From: Candidatus Shapirobacteria bacterium
GTDB lineage: Bacteria; Patescibacteriota; Microgenomatia; UBA12405
Assembly: GCA_022837635.1 (NCBI GenBank)
Contig: JALHFY010000001.1
Location: 96,136-160,135 of the forward strand
Reading direction: 5' to 3'
DNA length: 64,000 nucleotides
The translations under genes were made by a program, and so were the position numbers. Shown here one piece after another: positions 47,329 through 56,603 of this stretch. Under the pieces are notes generated by a model. That model saw only the letters and a list, made by a program, of their open reading frames with translations, had not been told where the DNA came from and ran no database searches. Within the stretch, counting starts at the first letter, position 1, and the number at the start of each line of letters is the position of its first letter.

Positions 47329-49068
47329 ATGCCTGCCGAATTAAAAAATTATAAAAAACTGTCAGAACTCCTTTTAGATAAGGGGGTGATTACCAAGGCT
47401 CAGGCTGAAGAAATCAGCTTGAAGATGGTCAAGAGTGGTGAAAGTGAAGAGGCGATTATTCGGTCAATGAGATTATTTCCGGAAGAAGATTTCCTGAGAT
47501 ATAAGGCAGAATTCTTAAAAATTCCCTTTGTAGATTTGGATGAGGTTGGTTTTTCACCGGAGGCTTTGTCATTAGTGGCCCAGAGTGTGGCGGAAAAGTA
47601 TCATTTGGTCCCCTATCGCATGGATCCCAAGAACAAAATTCTTGAAGTGGCGATGGCTAATCCTCTGGATTTGGAGACAATCGAATTTTTGGAAAAGAAG
47701 ACTGGTCTGCGGATTAAAGCAGTGATGGCGTTGGAGTCAAAAATTGACGCTTTTATCCAAGAAAAATATGAGAGAGAAAAAGGAATTACCTCCGAGGTGA
47801 GCAAGGCTTTGGATGAAAGAAAGGCTGATGAGGCTAAGATTGAAGAGGAAAGCGCTAAAGCGGTTACAACAGAAGCTCCAATTGCCAAAATTGTGAATAC
47901 GATTTTGGCATACGCAGTTCGTTCTCGGGCTTCTGATGTACATATTGAACCGTTAGAAGAAAATGTTAGAGTTAGATATAGAATTGATGGTATTTTACAG
48001 GAAAAATATGTGTTACCTCGAAATGTGCTGGAGGCGGTGGTTTCCCGGATTAAGATTTTAGCTAACTTAAAAATTGATGAAAAAAGAATCCCTCAAGATG
48101 GACGTTTTAATATCAATGTTGATGGTAATGAAGTGGATTTGCGGGTATCAACTTTACCTGTGTCTTATGGTGAAAAGGTGGTAATGCGCTTACTGCGGAA
48201 ATCTTCAAAGGTGCCGTCTTTACCTGATTTAGGCTTAAGAGGTTTAGCTTTGAAGAATTTGATTGAGTCAATTGAGAGACCACACGGAATTATTATTGTT
48301 TGTGGACCAACAGGTTCAGGTAAAACCACGACCCTCTATTCAATTTTAGACAAGGTGGCGACACCAAAAGTCAATGTAGTTACGATTGAAGATCCGGTGG
48401 AGTATCAAATGAAGGGAGTTAATCAGGTTCAAGTGAATGTCCAAGCAGGTTTAACTTTTGCCTCGGCTTTGAGGTCATTTTTACGGCAGGATCCAAATAT
48501 CATGATGGTAGGAGAAATTCGGGATACAGAAACGGCGGAGCTAGCAATTAATGCGGCTTTAACTGGGCATTTAGTGTTTTCAACTTTACACACCAATGAT
48601 GCAGCGGGAGCACCACCGCGGATGTTGGATATGGGGGTGGAGCCATTTTTGTTAATTTCAGCTTTGACTTGCGTGGTGGCTCAGCGGGTACTGAGGAGAC
48701 TATGCACTGAATGTCGTCAATTTGTAGAAATTGATCCAGGAACATTGAGTGAGCTCAAAGAAACTTTGGGACCGATTTATGGGATGCTTGAAGAGAAGGC
48801 TAAAAAAGAAGGTAAGGTGTTAAAACTGCCTAAGGCAGTAGGGTGTCCAAAATGTAATAATACCGGTTATATGGGGAGAATTGCTATTTATGAAGTAATG
48901 CCGATTACAGAAAAAATTAGTAAAATGATAGTAGAGCATGCGGCGGCATCGGCGATTCAAAAACAGGCAATTGAAGAAGGGATGTTGACCATGAAACAAG
49001 ATGGTTACGTTAAAGTTTTAGAAGGAATTACTACCGTAGATGAAGTGCTACGGGTAGCACAATATTAA
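47329..49068 (+). CDS. pilB: Type IV pilus assembly ATPase PilB (GspE family)
   Basis: GspE N-terminal domain, Walker A GPTGSGKTTTLYS, Asp/His boxes, tetracysteine (CTECRQ...CPKCNNTG). Confidence 0.9.
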   Translation: MPAELKNYKKLSELLLDKGVITKAQAEEISLKMVKSGESEEAIIRSMRLFPEEDFLRYKAEFLKIPFVDLDEVGFSPEALSLVAQSVAEKYHLVPYRMDPKNKILEVAMANPLDLETIEFLEKKTGLRIKAVMALESKIDAFIQEKYEREKGITSEVSKALDERKADEAKIEEESAKAVTTEAPIAKIVNTILAYAVRSRASDVHIEPLEENVRVRYRIDGILQEKYVLPRNVLEAVVSRIKILANLKIDEKRIPQDGRFNINVDGNEVDLRVSTLPVSYGEKVVMRLLRKSSKVPSLPDLGLRGLALKNLIESIERPHGIIIVCGPTGSGKTTTLYSILDKVATPKVNVVTIEDPVEYQMKGVNQVQVNVQAGLTFASALRSFLRQDPNIMMVGEIRDTETAELAINAALTGHLVFSTLHTNDAAGAPPRMLDMGVEPFLLISALTCVVAQRVLRRLCTECRQFVEIDPGTLSELKETLGPIYGMLEEKAKKEGKVLKLPKAVGCPKCNNTGYMGRIAIYEVMPITEKISKMIVEHAAASAIQKQAIEEGMLTMKQDGYVKVLEGITTVDEVLRVAQY

Positions 49069-50133
49069 ATGCATTCAAAAACAGAAGAAATTTGTAAATT
49101 AGCGATTGCTAATGGGGCTTCAGACATTCATTTACAAATGGGTCAAGTACCCAAGATGAGAGTCCATGGTTCACTTATTGATATTGGTACCTTTGGAGTT
49201 ATTGATGATCCGGAGTTAATTTTATCCTTGCTTTCGGAAAAACAAAGAGAAGAATTTATAGTAGAAAAGGAAATGGATTTGTCAGTAACTTTAGATGATT
49301 ACCGCTTTCGGGCTAATGTTTTTCACCAAAAAGGTCAATTAGCCTCTGCCCTGAGAGTGATTGTTGATCAGATTCCGGAACTTGGTAGTTTAGGATTACC
49401 AGAAGTGGTTAAAAGTTTTACCAAGTTAAGACAAGGTTTTGTTTTAGTTACTGGTCCGACAGGTCAAGGAAAATCGACTACTGTGGCTTCAATCTTGAAT
49501 GAAATTAACAAGGAAAACTCGGTAAGTATTGTAACAATTGAGGATCCGATTGAGTATGTGATTAGACCAATTAAATCCTTGGTTTCACAACGTGAATTAG
49601 GGGAAGATACTTTGAGTTTTGATAGGGCCTTAAAATCTTCATTAAGACAGGATCCGAATGTGGTTTTTGTGGGGGAAATGCGAGATTTAGAAACGATACA
49701 GTTGGCTTTGACAGTGGCGGAAACCGGACATTTGGTCTTTTCGACTTTACATACTAATTCAGCAGCTCAGTCGATTGATAGAATTATTGACGTTTTTCCT
49801 GAAGGGAGTAAACCCCAAATTAGAATGCAGTTAGCATCGGTATTGTCGGCAGTAGTGTCACAGCGGTTGATACCGACCACTGATGGTCAGCGAACAGTGG
49901 CAGCTGAAATATTGATAACTAATCCGGCTTTGGCTAACACTATCCGAGAAGGAAAAACTTTTATGATTGATAATATTATTCAAACTGGGGCCGATCAGGG
50001 AATGGTGGGGTTGGAAATGTCACTGGCGAGATTGGTTAAGAGTGGTAAAGTTGAAGAGCGTTTGGCGGCAAGTTTTGCCTTGAGACCGGAAGAATTTCTT
50101 AATAGTTTAAGACTTCTAAAGAAAAATGGCTAA
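49069..50133 (+). CDS. pilT: Type IV pilus retraction ATPase PilT
   Basis: Walker A GPTGQGKSTT. PilT-type core without an N-terminal GspE domain. Confidence 0.85.
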   Translation: MHSKTEEICKLAIANGASDIHLQMGQVPKMRVHGSLIDIGTFGVIDDPELILSLLSEKQREEFIVEKEMDLSVTLDDYRFRANVFHQKGQLASALRVIVDQIPELGSLGLPEVVKSFTKLRQGFVLVTGPTGQGKSTTVASILNEINKENSVSIVTIEDPIEYVIRPIKSLVSQRELGEDTLSFDRALKSSLRQDPNVVFVGEMRDLETIQLALTVAETGHLVFSTLHTNSAAQSIDRIIDVFPEGSKPQIRMQLASVLSAVVSQRLIPTTDGQRTVAAEILITNPALANTIREGKTFMIDNIIQTGADQGMVGLEMSLARLVKSGKVEERLAASFALRPEEFLNSLRLLKKNG

Positions 50134-51340
50134 ATTTATTTATAAAGCCAGGGATTGGAGTGGAAAATTAGTCAAAGGTGAGTTGGATTTACCGAGTCAA
50201 AAAGAAGTAGTGGAGTCAATTAAAGATAGTGGCTTGATTCCTTTGTCAGTGAAAGCCAAATCTGGAGGAATGTTTTCGGAATTAACCAAGGCGCTTAAAG
50301 GTAGAGTTAACTTAAAACAAGTCAGTACTTTTACTCGTCAATTATCAACGATGTTGACGGCCGGATTGGCACTGACGGATGCTTTGGCACTGTTAAAAAA
50401 TCAATATGATGAAGGTAGCGGTTTAGGACAAATTGTAGGTAAGGCTTTGGATGAGGTTCGAGGAGGGATGCCTTTGGGAAAATCACTTTCAGGATCTCAA
50501 AAAGTTTTTGGAGAGGCATATATCGCCTCGATTTCAGCTGGAGAAGAGGCGGGAGTATTGGATGAGGTGATGAGTAAATTGGCTGATACGACGGAGAATC
50601 AAAGTGAGTTTCAGGGTAAGGTCAAAGGAGCGATGATTTATCCGATTATCGTGATTGTGGCCATGATAGTTGTGGCTTTTGTAATGATGATTTTTGTGAT
50701 TCCGAAAATGACGGCTATGTATGCGGATTTTGGAACGGCCCAAATGCCCAAAATTACTCAGGCTTTGATGAGTATTTCCAGTTTTGTGTCTAAGGTGTGG
50801 TTTATGTTTCCTTTAATGGGAGTGATTTTGTTCATGGTTTATAGAGTGGCTATGAAAAGTCAGGATTTTCATATGCGTCGGGATAGATATATTTTGAAAA
50901 TTCCGATTATCGGGGTATTAAACGAAAAATCGGTTTTGGCCAATACTACTAGGACTTTGTCTATGTTGTTAACGGCAGGAATTACTTTAGTGGAGGCCTT
51001 AAAGATTGTAGCGACAGTTTCGGGAAATAAAGTTTATGAAAAAGCTTTTTTGGAAATTGCGGAAAAGGTGCAAAAAGGTTTTTCAGTGGCGGTATCTTTT
51101 GAAAATACCGGTATTTTTCCACCGATTGTTAATCAAATGATTTCGACTGGTGAGGCGACAGGAAAACTGGATGAGGTATTAATGAAAGTTTCAGATTACT
51201 TTACCAAAGAGGCGGAAGAAGCGGTGAAAGCTTTGACGGCGGCGATAGAGCCGTTGATTATGGTAATTTTAGGTATTGGAGTGGGTTTTTTGGTAGTAGC
51301 GGTGATCATGCCTATTTATACCTTGACATCTTCCGTCTAA
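50126..51340 (+). CDS. pilC: Type IV pilus platform protein PilC (GspF family)
   Basis: Two GspF repeats with three TM segments. Confidence 0.85.
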   Translation: MAKFIYKARDWSGKLVKGELDLPSQKEVVESIKDSGLIPLSVKAKSGGMFSELTKALKGRVNLKQVSTFTRQLSTMLTAGLALTDALALLKNQYDEGSGLGQIVGKALDEVRGGMPLGKSLSGSQKVFGEAYIASISAGEEAGVLDEVMSKLADTTENQSEFQGKVKGAMIYPIIVIVAMIVVAFVMMIFVIPKMTAMYADFGTAQMPKITQALMSISSFVSKVWFMFPLMGVILFMVYRVAMKSQDFHMRRDRYILKIPIIGVLNEKSVLANTTRTLSMLLTAGITLVEALKIVATVSGNKVYEKAFLEIAEKVQKGFSVAVSFENTGIFPPIVNQMISTGEATGKLDEVLMKVSDYFTKEAEEAVKALTAAIEPLIMVILGIGVGFLVVAVIMPIYTLTSSV

Positions 51341-51385
51341 AAATGCCACAATGGTATCAAGTTAGTTAAAAATTTCTTAAAAAGA

Positions 51386-52018
51386 ATGACAATGAGAAAA
51401 GCTTTTACATTGGTGGAACTATTGATAGTTATCACCTTGATTGCCATATTGTCGGTCGCAGTGTTGGCAACTTTGAATCCTATTGAACAGACCAATAAGG
51501 CTCGCGATGCTCAGTTTAAGAATGATGCGGCGGAAGTCTTGAGTGCTCATGAACGTTACTTTGCCTCCCAGAACGCTTATGCTTGGAATTCTGGCACTGG
51601 TCAAACTGTTGCTGTAGGAGTTGCTGCAGTAATGCCTGGAAATGTTCCTATGTTTGGAGTAGTAGGTAGCAATTGGGATGGTAATGGGGTCGGGTCTACA
51701 GATTCGCCTTTAATCCAGACATCAGAAATTAAAACCTCTTTTCTGAATAAGGCTCCTTTTAGAGAGGAACCTAAACCAATTGATATGTTTTATGCTTATA
51801 CTGATGGAGCGGACACTAATTATGTCTGTTTCTTTCCTAAAGCTAAGGCTAACAGAACTGGAGAGCAAGGAGCCAAGTTAAAATGTATGGATCCGGTTGA
51901 TACTGCAGATGCTCAAATATATTCACAAGGAGTGGGTTGTACATTAGCCACTTCTTGGACAAATGCTGATTTGACACCTCAAAGTGGGATAGCTAATTTG
52001 ATGTGTGTACCGGAATAA
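51386..52018 (+). CDS. Type IV (pseudo)pilin, likely major pilin
   Basis: Class III signal MTMRKA|FTLVELLIVITLIAILSVAV with Glu at +5. First pilin gene, followed by a strong terminator. Confidence 0.75.
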   Translation: MTMRKAFTLVELLIVITLIAILSVAVLATLNPIEQTNKARDAQFKNDAAEVLSAHERYFASQNAYAWNSGTGQTVAVGVAAVMPGNVPMFGVVGSNWDGNGVGSTDSPLIQTSEIKTSFLNKAPFREEPKPIDMFYAYTDGADTNYVCFFPKAKANRTGEQGAKLKCMDPVDTADAQIYSQGVGCTLATSWTNADLTPQSGIANLMCVPE

Positions 52019-52040
52019 GGTACTAAATCCACCCCTTAAT

Positions 52041-52075
52041 CCCCTCCTTTGAGTAAAGGAGGGGAGTTTTTTTTG
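52041..52075 (+). terminator. Intrinsic terminator: CCCCTCCTTT-GAGT-AAAGGAGGGG followed by T8
   Basis: Perfect 10-bp GC-rich stem plus a U-tract, read directly, just downstream of the major pilin. Same element as 44921-44954. Confidence 0.75.
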
Positions 52076-52086
52076 TACAATAGGCT

Positions 52087-52839
52087 ATGAATTTAGTTTG
52101 CTTTCTTTTGGGATTGGCGGTGGGGAGTTTTGTCAATATGGCAATATGGCGGGTGGAGCATAGGCAGTCGATTCTTAAAAAACAGCGAAGTTTTTGTGAT
52201 TTTTGTAAAAAGCCACTGAGATTTTATGACAACATTCCCCTACTCTCTTTTTTAGTATATAGAGGAAAAAGCCGATGTTGTGGTAAAAAATTGCCAGGAT
52301 ATTATCCGGTGGTGGAAATGTTGATGGGAATATTGTTTGCTTTAAAATCACCCCCTAGCCCCCTCTTTGAGGAAAGAGGGGGAATTGTGCTCTTAGTTTT
52401 ATGGAGTATATGGGTTTTGTTGGTTTTTGAGGCGGTGTTTGATGTCAAAAAAATGATGATTCCGGATGCGACGGCCATACCTTTAATGGTGTTGGCTGAA
52501 TTAAGGAGAAGATTGTTAGGTTTGCCGGTAAGTGAATGGTGGAGTGCTTTGGGAGCAGGTCTGTTTATCTGGTTATTAACTAAAATTAAAATTAAGGGGA
52601 AGCAAGCAATGGGCGAGGGTGATGCTTTGTTGGCGGTATTTATGGGACTATTTTTGAGTTTTCCTAAAATTATAGTGGCTTTTTATGTGGCTTTTATCAG
52701 CGGGGCGGTGATTGGTTTGATATTAATAGCGAAGAAAAAAAAGAAGCAACTCTCCCCTATTCCCTTTGGCCCCTTTTTAATTTTTGGAACAATAATTGCC
52801 TATTTTTGGGGAGAAAAAATTATTAGTTTATTTTTTTGA
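52087..52839 (+). CDS. pilD: Prepilin peptidase PilD (A24 family)
   Basis: N-terminal Zn-binding CxxC pairs (CDFCKK...CCGKK), polytopic membrane protein with the conserved Asp-containing loop. Contains an in-frame GC-rich repeat insertion (SPPSPLFEERGG). Confidence 0.85.
   Translation: MNLVCFLLGLAVGSFVNMAIWRVEHRQSILKKQRSFCDFCKKPLRFYDNIPLLSFLVYRGKSRCCGKKLPGYYPVVEMLMGILFALKSPPSPLFEERGGIVLLVLWSIWVLLVFEAVFDVKKMMIPDATAIPLMVLAELRRRLLGLPVSEWWSALGAGLFIWLLTKIKIKGKQAMGEGDALLAVFMGLFLSFPKIIVAFYVAFISGAVIGLILIAKKKKKQLSPIPFGPFLIFGTIIAYFWGEKIISLFF
52349..52383 (+). repeat. GC-rich palindromic element (ACCCCCTAGCC-CCCTCTTT-GAGG-AAAGAGGGGG) inside pilD coding sequence
   Basis: Same architecture as the intergenic elements at 44921 and 52031. 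Perfect 10-bp stem, read directly. Confidence 0.7.
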
Positions 52840-52860
52840 GAAAAGGTTACAATAGTTTAT

Positions 52861-53406
52861 ATGAAAAAACAGAAAGCAATAAGTTTAGTGGAGATAATAA
52901 TCGTGATAGCGATTTTGATGATTTTACTGGTAATTGCTTTGGGGATATTTAAGCCAGCGGCAATGGTTAATCGGGCTCAAGATGCCGAAAGAAAGGCAGA
53001 TTTGGATAGAATTAAAATTGCTTTTGAGGATTATTACAACGACAAAGGATGTTATCCAAATTACAACGAATATTTACATAAAATGTTTGATGAAGCTTAT
53101 TGTGATAAGGATTTTTTTAAGCCTTGGATGAACAAGTGGCCTTGTGATCCTGACGGTAAGCCCTATCCGATAATTGTGGGGGTTGGAAGTGAGACTGAAA
53201 TTTGTCCAAAGTTTTTTAAGATTATGGCTAAGTTGGAAAATAAAGGTGATCCTCATCTTTATAATCAAGGACCGATAGAGGAGGAGTTTGCCAACGTCGC
53301 CAACTACTCAGTTTCCAGTCCTAATTATCCAAATATTCCACCAACGATAATTGTGGATGCGACCAGTACTCCAATGTTGACCGATATCAGAACTCAAGGG
53401 GGCTAA
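52861..53406 (+). CDS. Type IV pilin-like protein (minor pilin 1)
   Basis: MKKQKA|ISLVEIIIVIAILMILLV class III signal with Glu at +5. Confidence 0.65.
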   Translation: MKKQKAISLVEIIIVIAILMILLVIALGIFKPAAMVNRAQDAERKADLDRIKIAFEDYYNDKGCYPNYNEYLHKMFDEAYCDKDFFKPWMNKWPCDPDGKPYPIIVGVGSETEICPKFFKIMAKLENKGDPHLYNQGPIEEEFANVANYSVSSPNYPNIPPTIIVDATSTPMLTDIRTQGG

Positions 53407-53408
53407 GT

Positions 53409-53930
53409 ATGATATCTTTAATTATGAAGAGAGCTTTCACTTTGGTAGAACTGTTAGTAGTGATAGCAATTATGGGAATTTTGACGACGATTGCGGTTGG
53501 ACAATTTCAGACTGCTAAAAGAAAGGCCAATGATGTGGCTCGTAAAGGTGATTTGGATGCTGTTTCCAAAGCTTTGCAACTTTATTATGCGGATTATAAG
53601 AGGTTTCCGGAGGCGACCAGTGATGGAAGAATGGTGATTGGGACGGGGACAACTGTGGAATGGGGTGATGAGTTTGTGGATGAGGGTTATATTTATATGA
53701 AAAAAATGCCTCAAGAGAATGTGGTGAGTTCCCCTCAGTATTGTTATAAGAGCAGTGCTGACGGTAAAAATTATGCTCTTTTTGCTAAATTGGAAAATAA
53801 AGAAGATAAGCAGTGTAAATTAGATGAAAATAAAAAAATGACCTATGATTGTGGAGGGATAACTGATAATTATTGTTTTGTTTATCTCAGTCCCAACGTG
53901 GAGGTAGATAGTGATGGAAATTTTATCTAA
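53409..53930 (+). CDS. Type IV pilin-like protein (minor pilin 2)
   Basis: ...MKRA|FTLVELLVVIAIMGILTTIAV. Alternative start at 53424. Confidence 0.7.
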   Translation: MISLIMKRAFTLVELLVVIAIMGILTTIAVGQFQTAKRKANDVARKGDLDAVSKALQLYYADYKRFPEATSDGRMVIGTGTTVEWGDEFVDEGYIYMKKMPQENVVSSPQYCYKSSADGKNYALFAKLENKEDKQCKLDENKKMTYDCGGITDNYCFVYLSPNVEVDSDGNFI

Positions 53931-53931
53931 T

Positions 53932-54324
53932 ATGAAAAAAGCTTTTACTTTAATTGAATTATTGGTAGTGATTTCGATTATTGGTGTTTTGACGGCGATA
54001 GTGGTGCCTAATTTTATGGGAGCCAGAGAAAGGGCTAGTGATAGCCAGAGAAAACAAGATATGGTGTCGATTAAAAATGCTTTGAGGACTTACTATAATG
54101 ACAATCAAAGATATCCGAGTATGGCCACTTGGACAGATGATATAGAAGACTATATTCCTTCAATTAAGGATTTTAGTGATTACAGTTATGTTTTAGTCAA
54201 TAGCGATGCTTTTACCTTGGGAGCGGAAATGGAGGCGACACGAGAACAGGAAATTAAGGATAGTCAAGACAGGTGTGGAATTACTGATGATAATGATACA
54301 AAATATTATGTATGTGCTAATTAA
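53932..54324 (+). CDS. Type IV pilin-like protein (minor pilin 3)
   Basis: MKKA|FTLIELLVVISIIGVLTAIVV. Start chosen after the upstream stop at 53930. Confidence 0.7.
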   Translation: MKKAFTLIELLVVISIIGVLTAIVVPNFMGARERASDSQRKQDMVSIKNALRTYYNDNQRYPSMATWTDDIEDYIPSIKDFSDYSYVLVNSDAFTLGAEMEATREQEIKDSQDRCGITDDNDTKYYVCAN

Positions 54325-54362
54325 AAATTAAAGCAATAAGTAAAATTACAAAATATAAATTT

Positions 54363-54770
54363 ATGAAGAAAGCGTTTACCCTTTTTGAACTATTGGTAGT
54401 GATTTCAATTATTGGGATTTTGATTGCGGTGGCGTCAATATCTTATAGTGGGGCTCAAAAAAAGTCTCGGGATGCTAGAAGGATTCAGGATATGAATGCG
54501 ATCCAGAAAGCAGCGGAGATGTATTACAGTCAGAACAATTATCTTTATCCAGGTAGCAGTCAATTGATTAGTTCAGGTTTGATGTCGGTGATGCCGACAG
54601 ATCCAAAGAATGCTTCTCCTTATGTTTATAGTTTTTCAGGGTTGACGAATGGGGCTAGTAATTATTGTCTTTGTGCCCTGTTGGAAAATGCTACAGGAGG
54701 TAATGCCAGTGATGGTAATTGCACTATGGCAAGTTCTGGTACTTATTATTGTGTTAGAAATCAACAATGA
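54363..54770 (+). CDS. Type IV pilin-like protein (minor pilin 4)
   Basis: MKKA|FTLFELLVVISIIGILIAVA. Confidence 0.7.
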   Translation: MKKAFTLFELLVVISIIGILIAVASISYSGAQKKSRDARRIQDMNAIQKAAEMYYSQNNYLYPGSSQLISSGLMSVMPTDPKNASPYVYSFSGLTNGASNYCLCALLENATGGNASDGNCTMASSGTYYCVRNQQ

Positions 54771-55138
54771 GAAAGGCTTTTACTTTGATCGAATTAATTG
54801 TGGTGATTACTATCATTGCGGTTTTAAGTGTAGTGGGAATGGTGAGTTTTTCAGGGATAAATATGAAATCTCGGGATGCTAGAAGGATTCAGGATTTACA
54901 AAAAATTGCGGCGGCTTTGGAGATATTTCGACAAGCTGATATTAGCAAGAGTTACCCAACAACAACAGCATCATTGGTACCTAATTATTTACAGGTTATG
55001 CCCACTGATCCCAAGACTAAAGCAAATTATCCTTATAATCGGGTGAATCCATATCGATATACTCTGACGGCAACTTTGGAAGATGCTCGAAATAATCCTA
55101 ACCAAGCTAGTACGACTTATACGCTAAATAGTCCTTGA
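54767..55138 (+). CDS. Type IV pilin-like protein (minor pilin 5)
   Basis: MRKA|FTLIELIVVITIIAVLSVV. ATGA overlap with the previous gene. Confidence 0.7.
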   Translation: MRKAFTLIELIVVITIIAVLSVVGMVSFSGINMKSRDARRIQDLQKIAAALEIFRQADISKSYPTTTASLVPNYLQVMPTDPKTKANYPYNRVNPYRYTLTATLEDARNNPNQASTTYTLNSP

Positions 55139-55158
55139 TTTGTGCTAAAGTTTTTATA

Positions 55159-55656
55159 GTGAAACGAGCTTTTACTTTAATTGAATTATTGGTAGCAGTA
55201 GGCATTATTTTGGTGTTGTCGGCGGGAGCTTTTGTCTATATAAATCAAGGTTTACAGAGGCAAAAATTGCTCAGGGCGGCAGGAGAAGTAATGTCAGGAT
55301 TCAGATTAGCTAATTCATTGGCAAAAACTAGACAAATGCCTCAAGGTAGCAGTGGTAATTTGGTGGTGGTGGAGAGTTATTTTAATAATAATAGATTGTA
55401 TGTAAATGCAATTTCATCGGTGGGGACAACAATTAATTTTTCTGAAGAGGTGGTAGAAATACCGATAAATAATAGTAACAGGTGGTTTTTTTATGCGGGA
55501 ACTGGATTTTTAGGGAAAAATGCGACTGGAACAATGTATGGTGCCGGGGAAACAGCCACCATTACCTTGAGTTTAAGTGAAAATTATAATATGTCGATTC
55601 CGATTTTTATTGACGCCATGGGTCAGGTGAGCCAAGGGGAGGTAGTGCAAAACTAA
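55159..55656 (+). CDS. Type IV pilin-like protein (minor pilin 6); start uncertain (GTG 55159 or TTG 55135)
   Basis: VKRA|FTLIELLVAVGIILVLSAGA. Confidence 0.6.
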   Translation: MKRAFTLIELLVAVGIILVLSAGAFVYINQGLQRQKLLRAAGEVMSGFRLANSLAKTRQMPQGSSGNLVVVESYFNNNRLYVNAISSVGTTINFSEEVVEIPINNSNRWFFYAGTGFLGKNATGTMYGAGETATITLSLSENYNMSIPIFIDAMGQVSQGEVVQN

Positions 55657-56060
55657 TGAAAAAAGGTCAAGCTTTAATTGAATCAGTGGTGGCAGTGGGA
55701 GTTTTGGCTTTGGTGATGACGGCGGCAATTGCTTTGATAGTGATGTCAACTGCCAATAGAAGGAGCAATTTTGACAGGAGAAAGGCCAATGAATTGGCTA
55801 ATAAAGTAGTAGAGACTTTTGTTAATGAGAGTCAGAATAATGTGGTTGTTTTTTGGAATAATTTGAGTGGAGGTGATTGCGGGGAATCCGCTTTTACTGG
55901 ATATACTTGTAACTATAATTTTACTATATTGACTCAACCGGCTCATGCTAATTGTGGCAATGGCTCACCACCCAGATGTGTTGAATTGACAGTAACAGTC
56001 AGCTGGCCCGGAAAAACACCGCAAAATTTAATTGTTAAGCGTTTTTTTAGTCAAGGATGA
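55656..56060 (+). CDS. Type IV pilin-like protein (minor pilin 7, Gly at -1)
   Basis: MKKG|QALIESVVAVGVLALVMTAAIALI with Glu at +5. Confidence 0.65.
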   Translation: MKKGQALIESVVAVGVLALVMTAAIALIVMSTANRRSNFDRRKANELANKVVETFVNESQNNVVVFWNNLSGGDCGESAFTGYTCNYNFTILTQPAHANCGNGSPPRCVELTVTVSWPGKTPQNLIVKRFFSQG

Positions 56061-56557
56061 AAAGGGCTTTTACTTTGATTGAAATTGTGGTGATGGTGGC
56101 TATTTTGGGGTTGATTATGACGATGTTGTCTGGATCTTTAGGAATTTCTTTTAAGCTTAAAAATTCAACTGAAACTAATGAGAAATTGACCAGTAAAGCT
56201 AATTTTGTTTTTAATGAATTGAAAAAAAATATTTTAGAGGCTAAACCGGAAACGATAGTTTGTAGTGGTGGTAATCAACTGCGTTACACGGCGACTAATG
56301 GTAAAGAGATTGTTTTAAGCTGTGATATAGTTGGAAGCCAGATTGCTTCCAGGTCAGCGACAACAGGAGAGGTTTTTTATTTATTAGATAAGGAAGTTTC
56401 ACCTAATAATTGCAGTAATTTTGTTACTTGTCATTTGAGAACAGGAAGTAGTGTGGTGGAGTCGGTAGATGTGGTTTTGGATTTAAGGACAGTAGTGGGG
56501 GCTGAGGGAGTGGGTAGTAGTGGTCGTTTTTACCAAACAATTTCGCCACGTCTCTAA
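56057..56557 (+). CDS. Type IV pilin-like protein (minor pilin 8)
   Basis: MKRA|FTLIEIVVMVAILGLIMTML. Confidence 0.7.
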   Translation: MKRAFTLIEIVVMVAILGLIMTMLSGSLGISFKLKNSTETNEKLTSKANFVFNELKKNILEAKPETIVCSGGNQLRYTATNGKEIVLSCDIVGSQIASRSATTGEVFYLLDKEVSPNNCSNFVTCHLRTGSSVVESVDVVLDLRTVVGAEGVGSSGRFYQTISPRL

Positions 56558-56603
56558 AAAAGTGTTATAATATCTTGTACGTACATTATAGGTTATACCT
56601 AAA

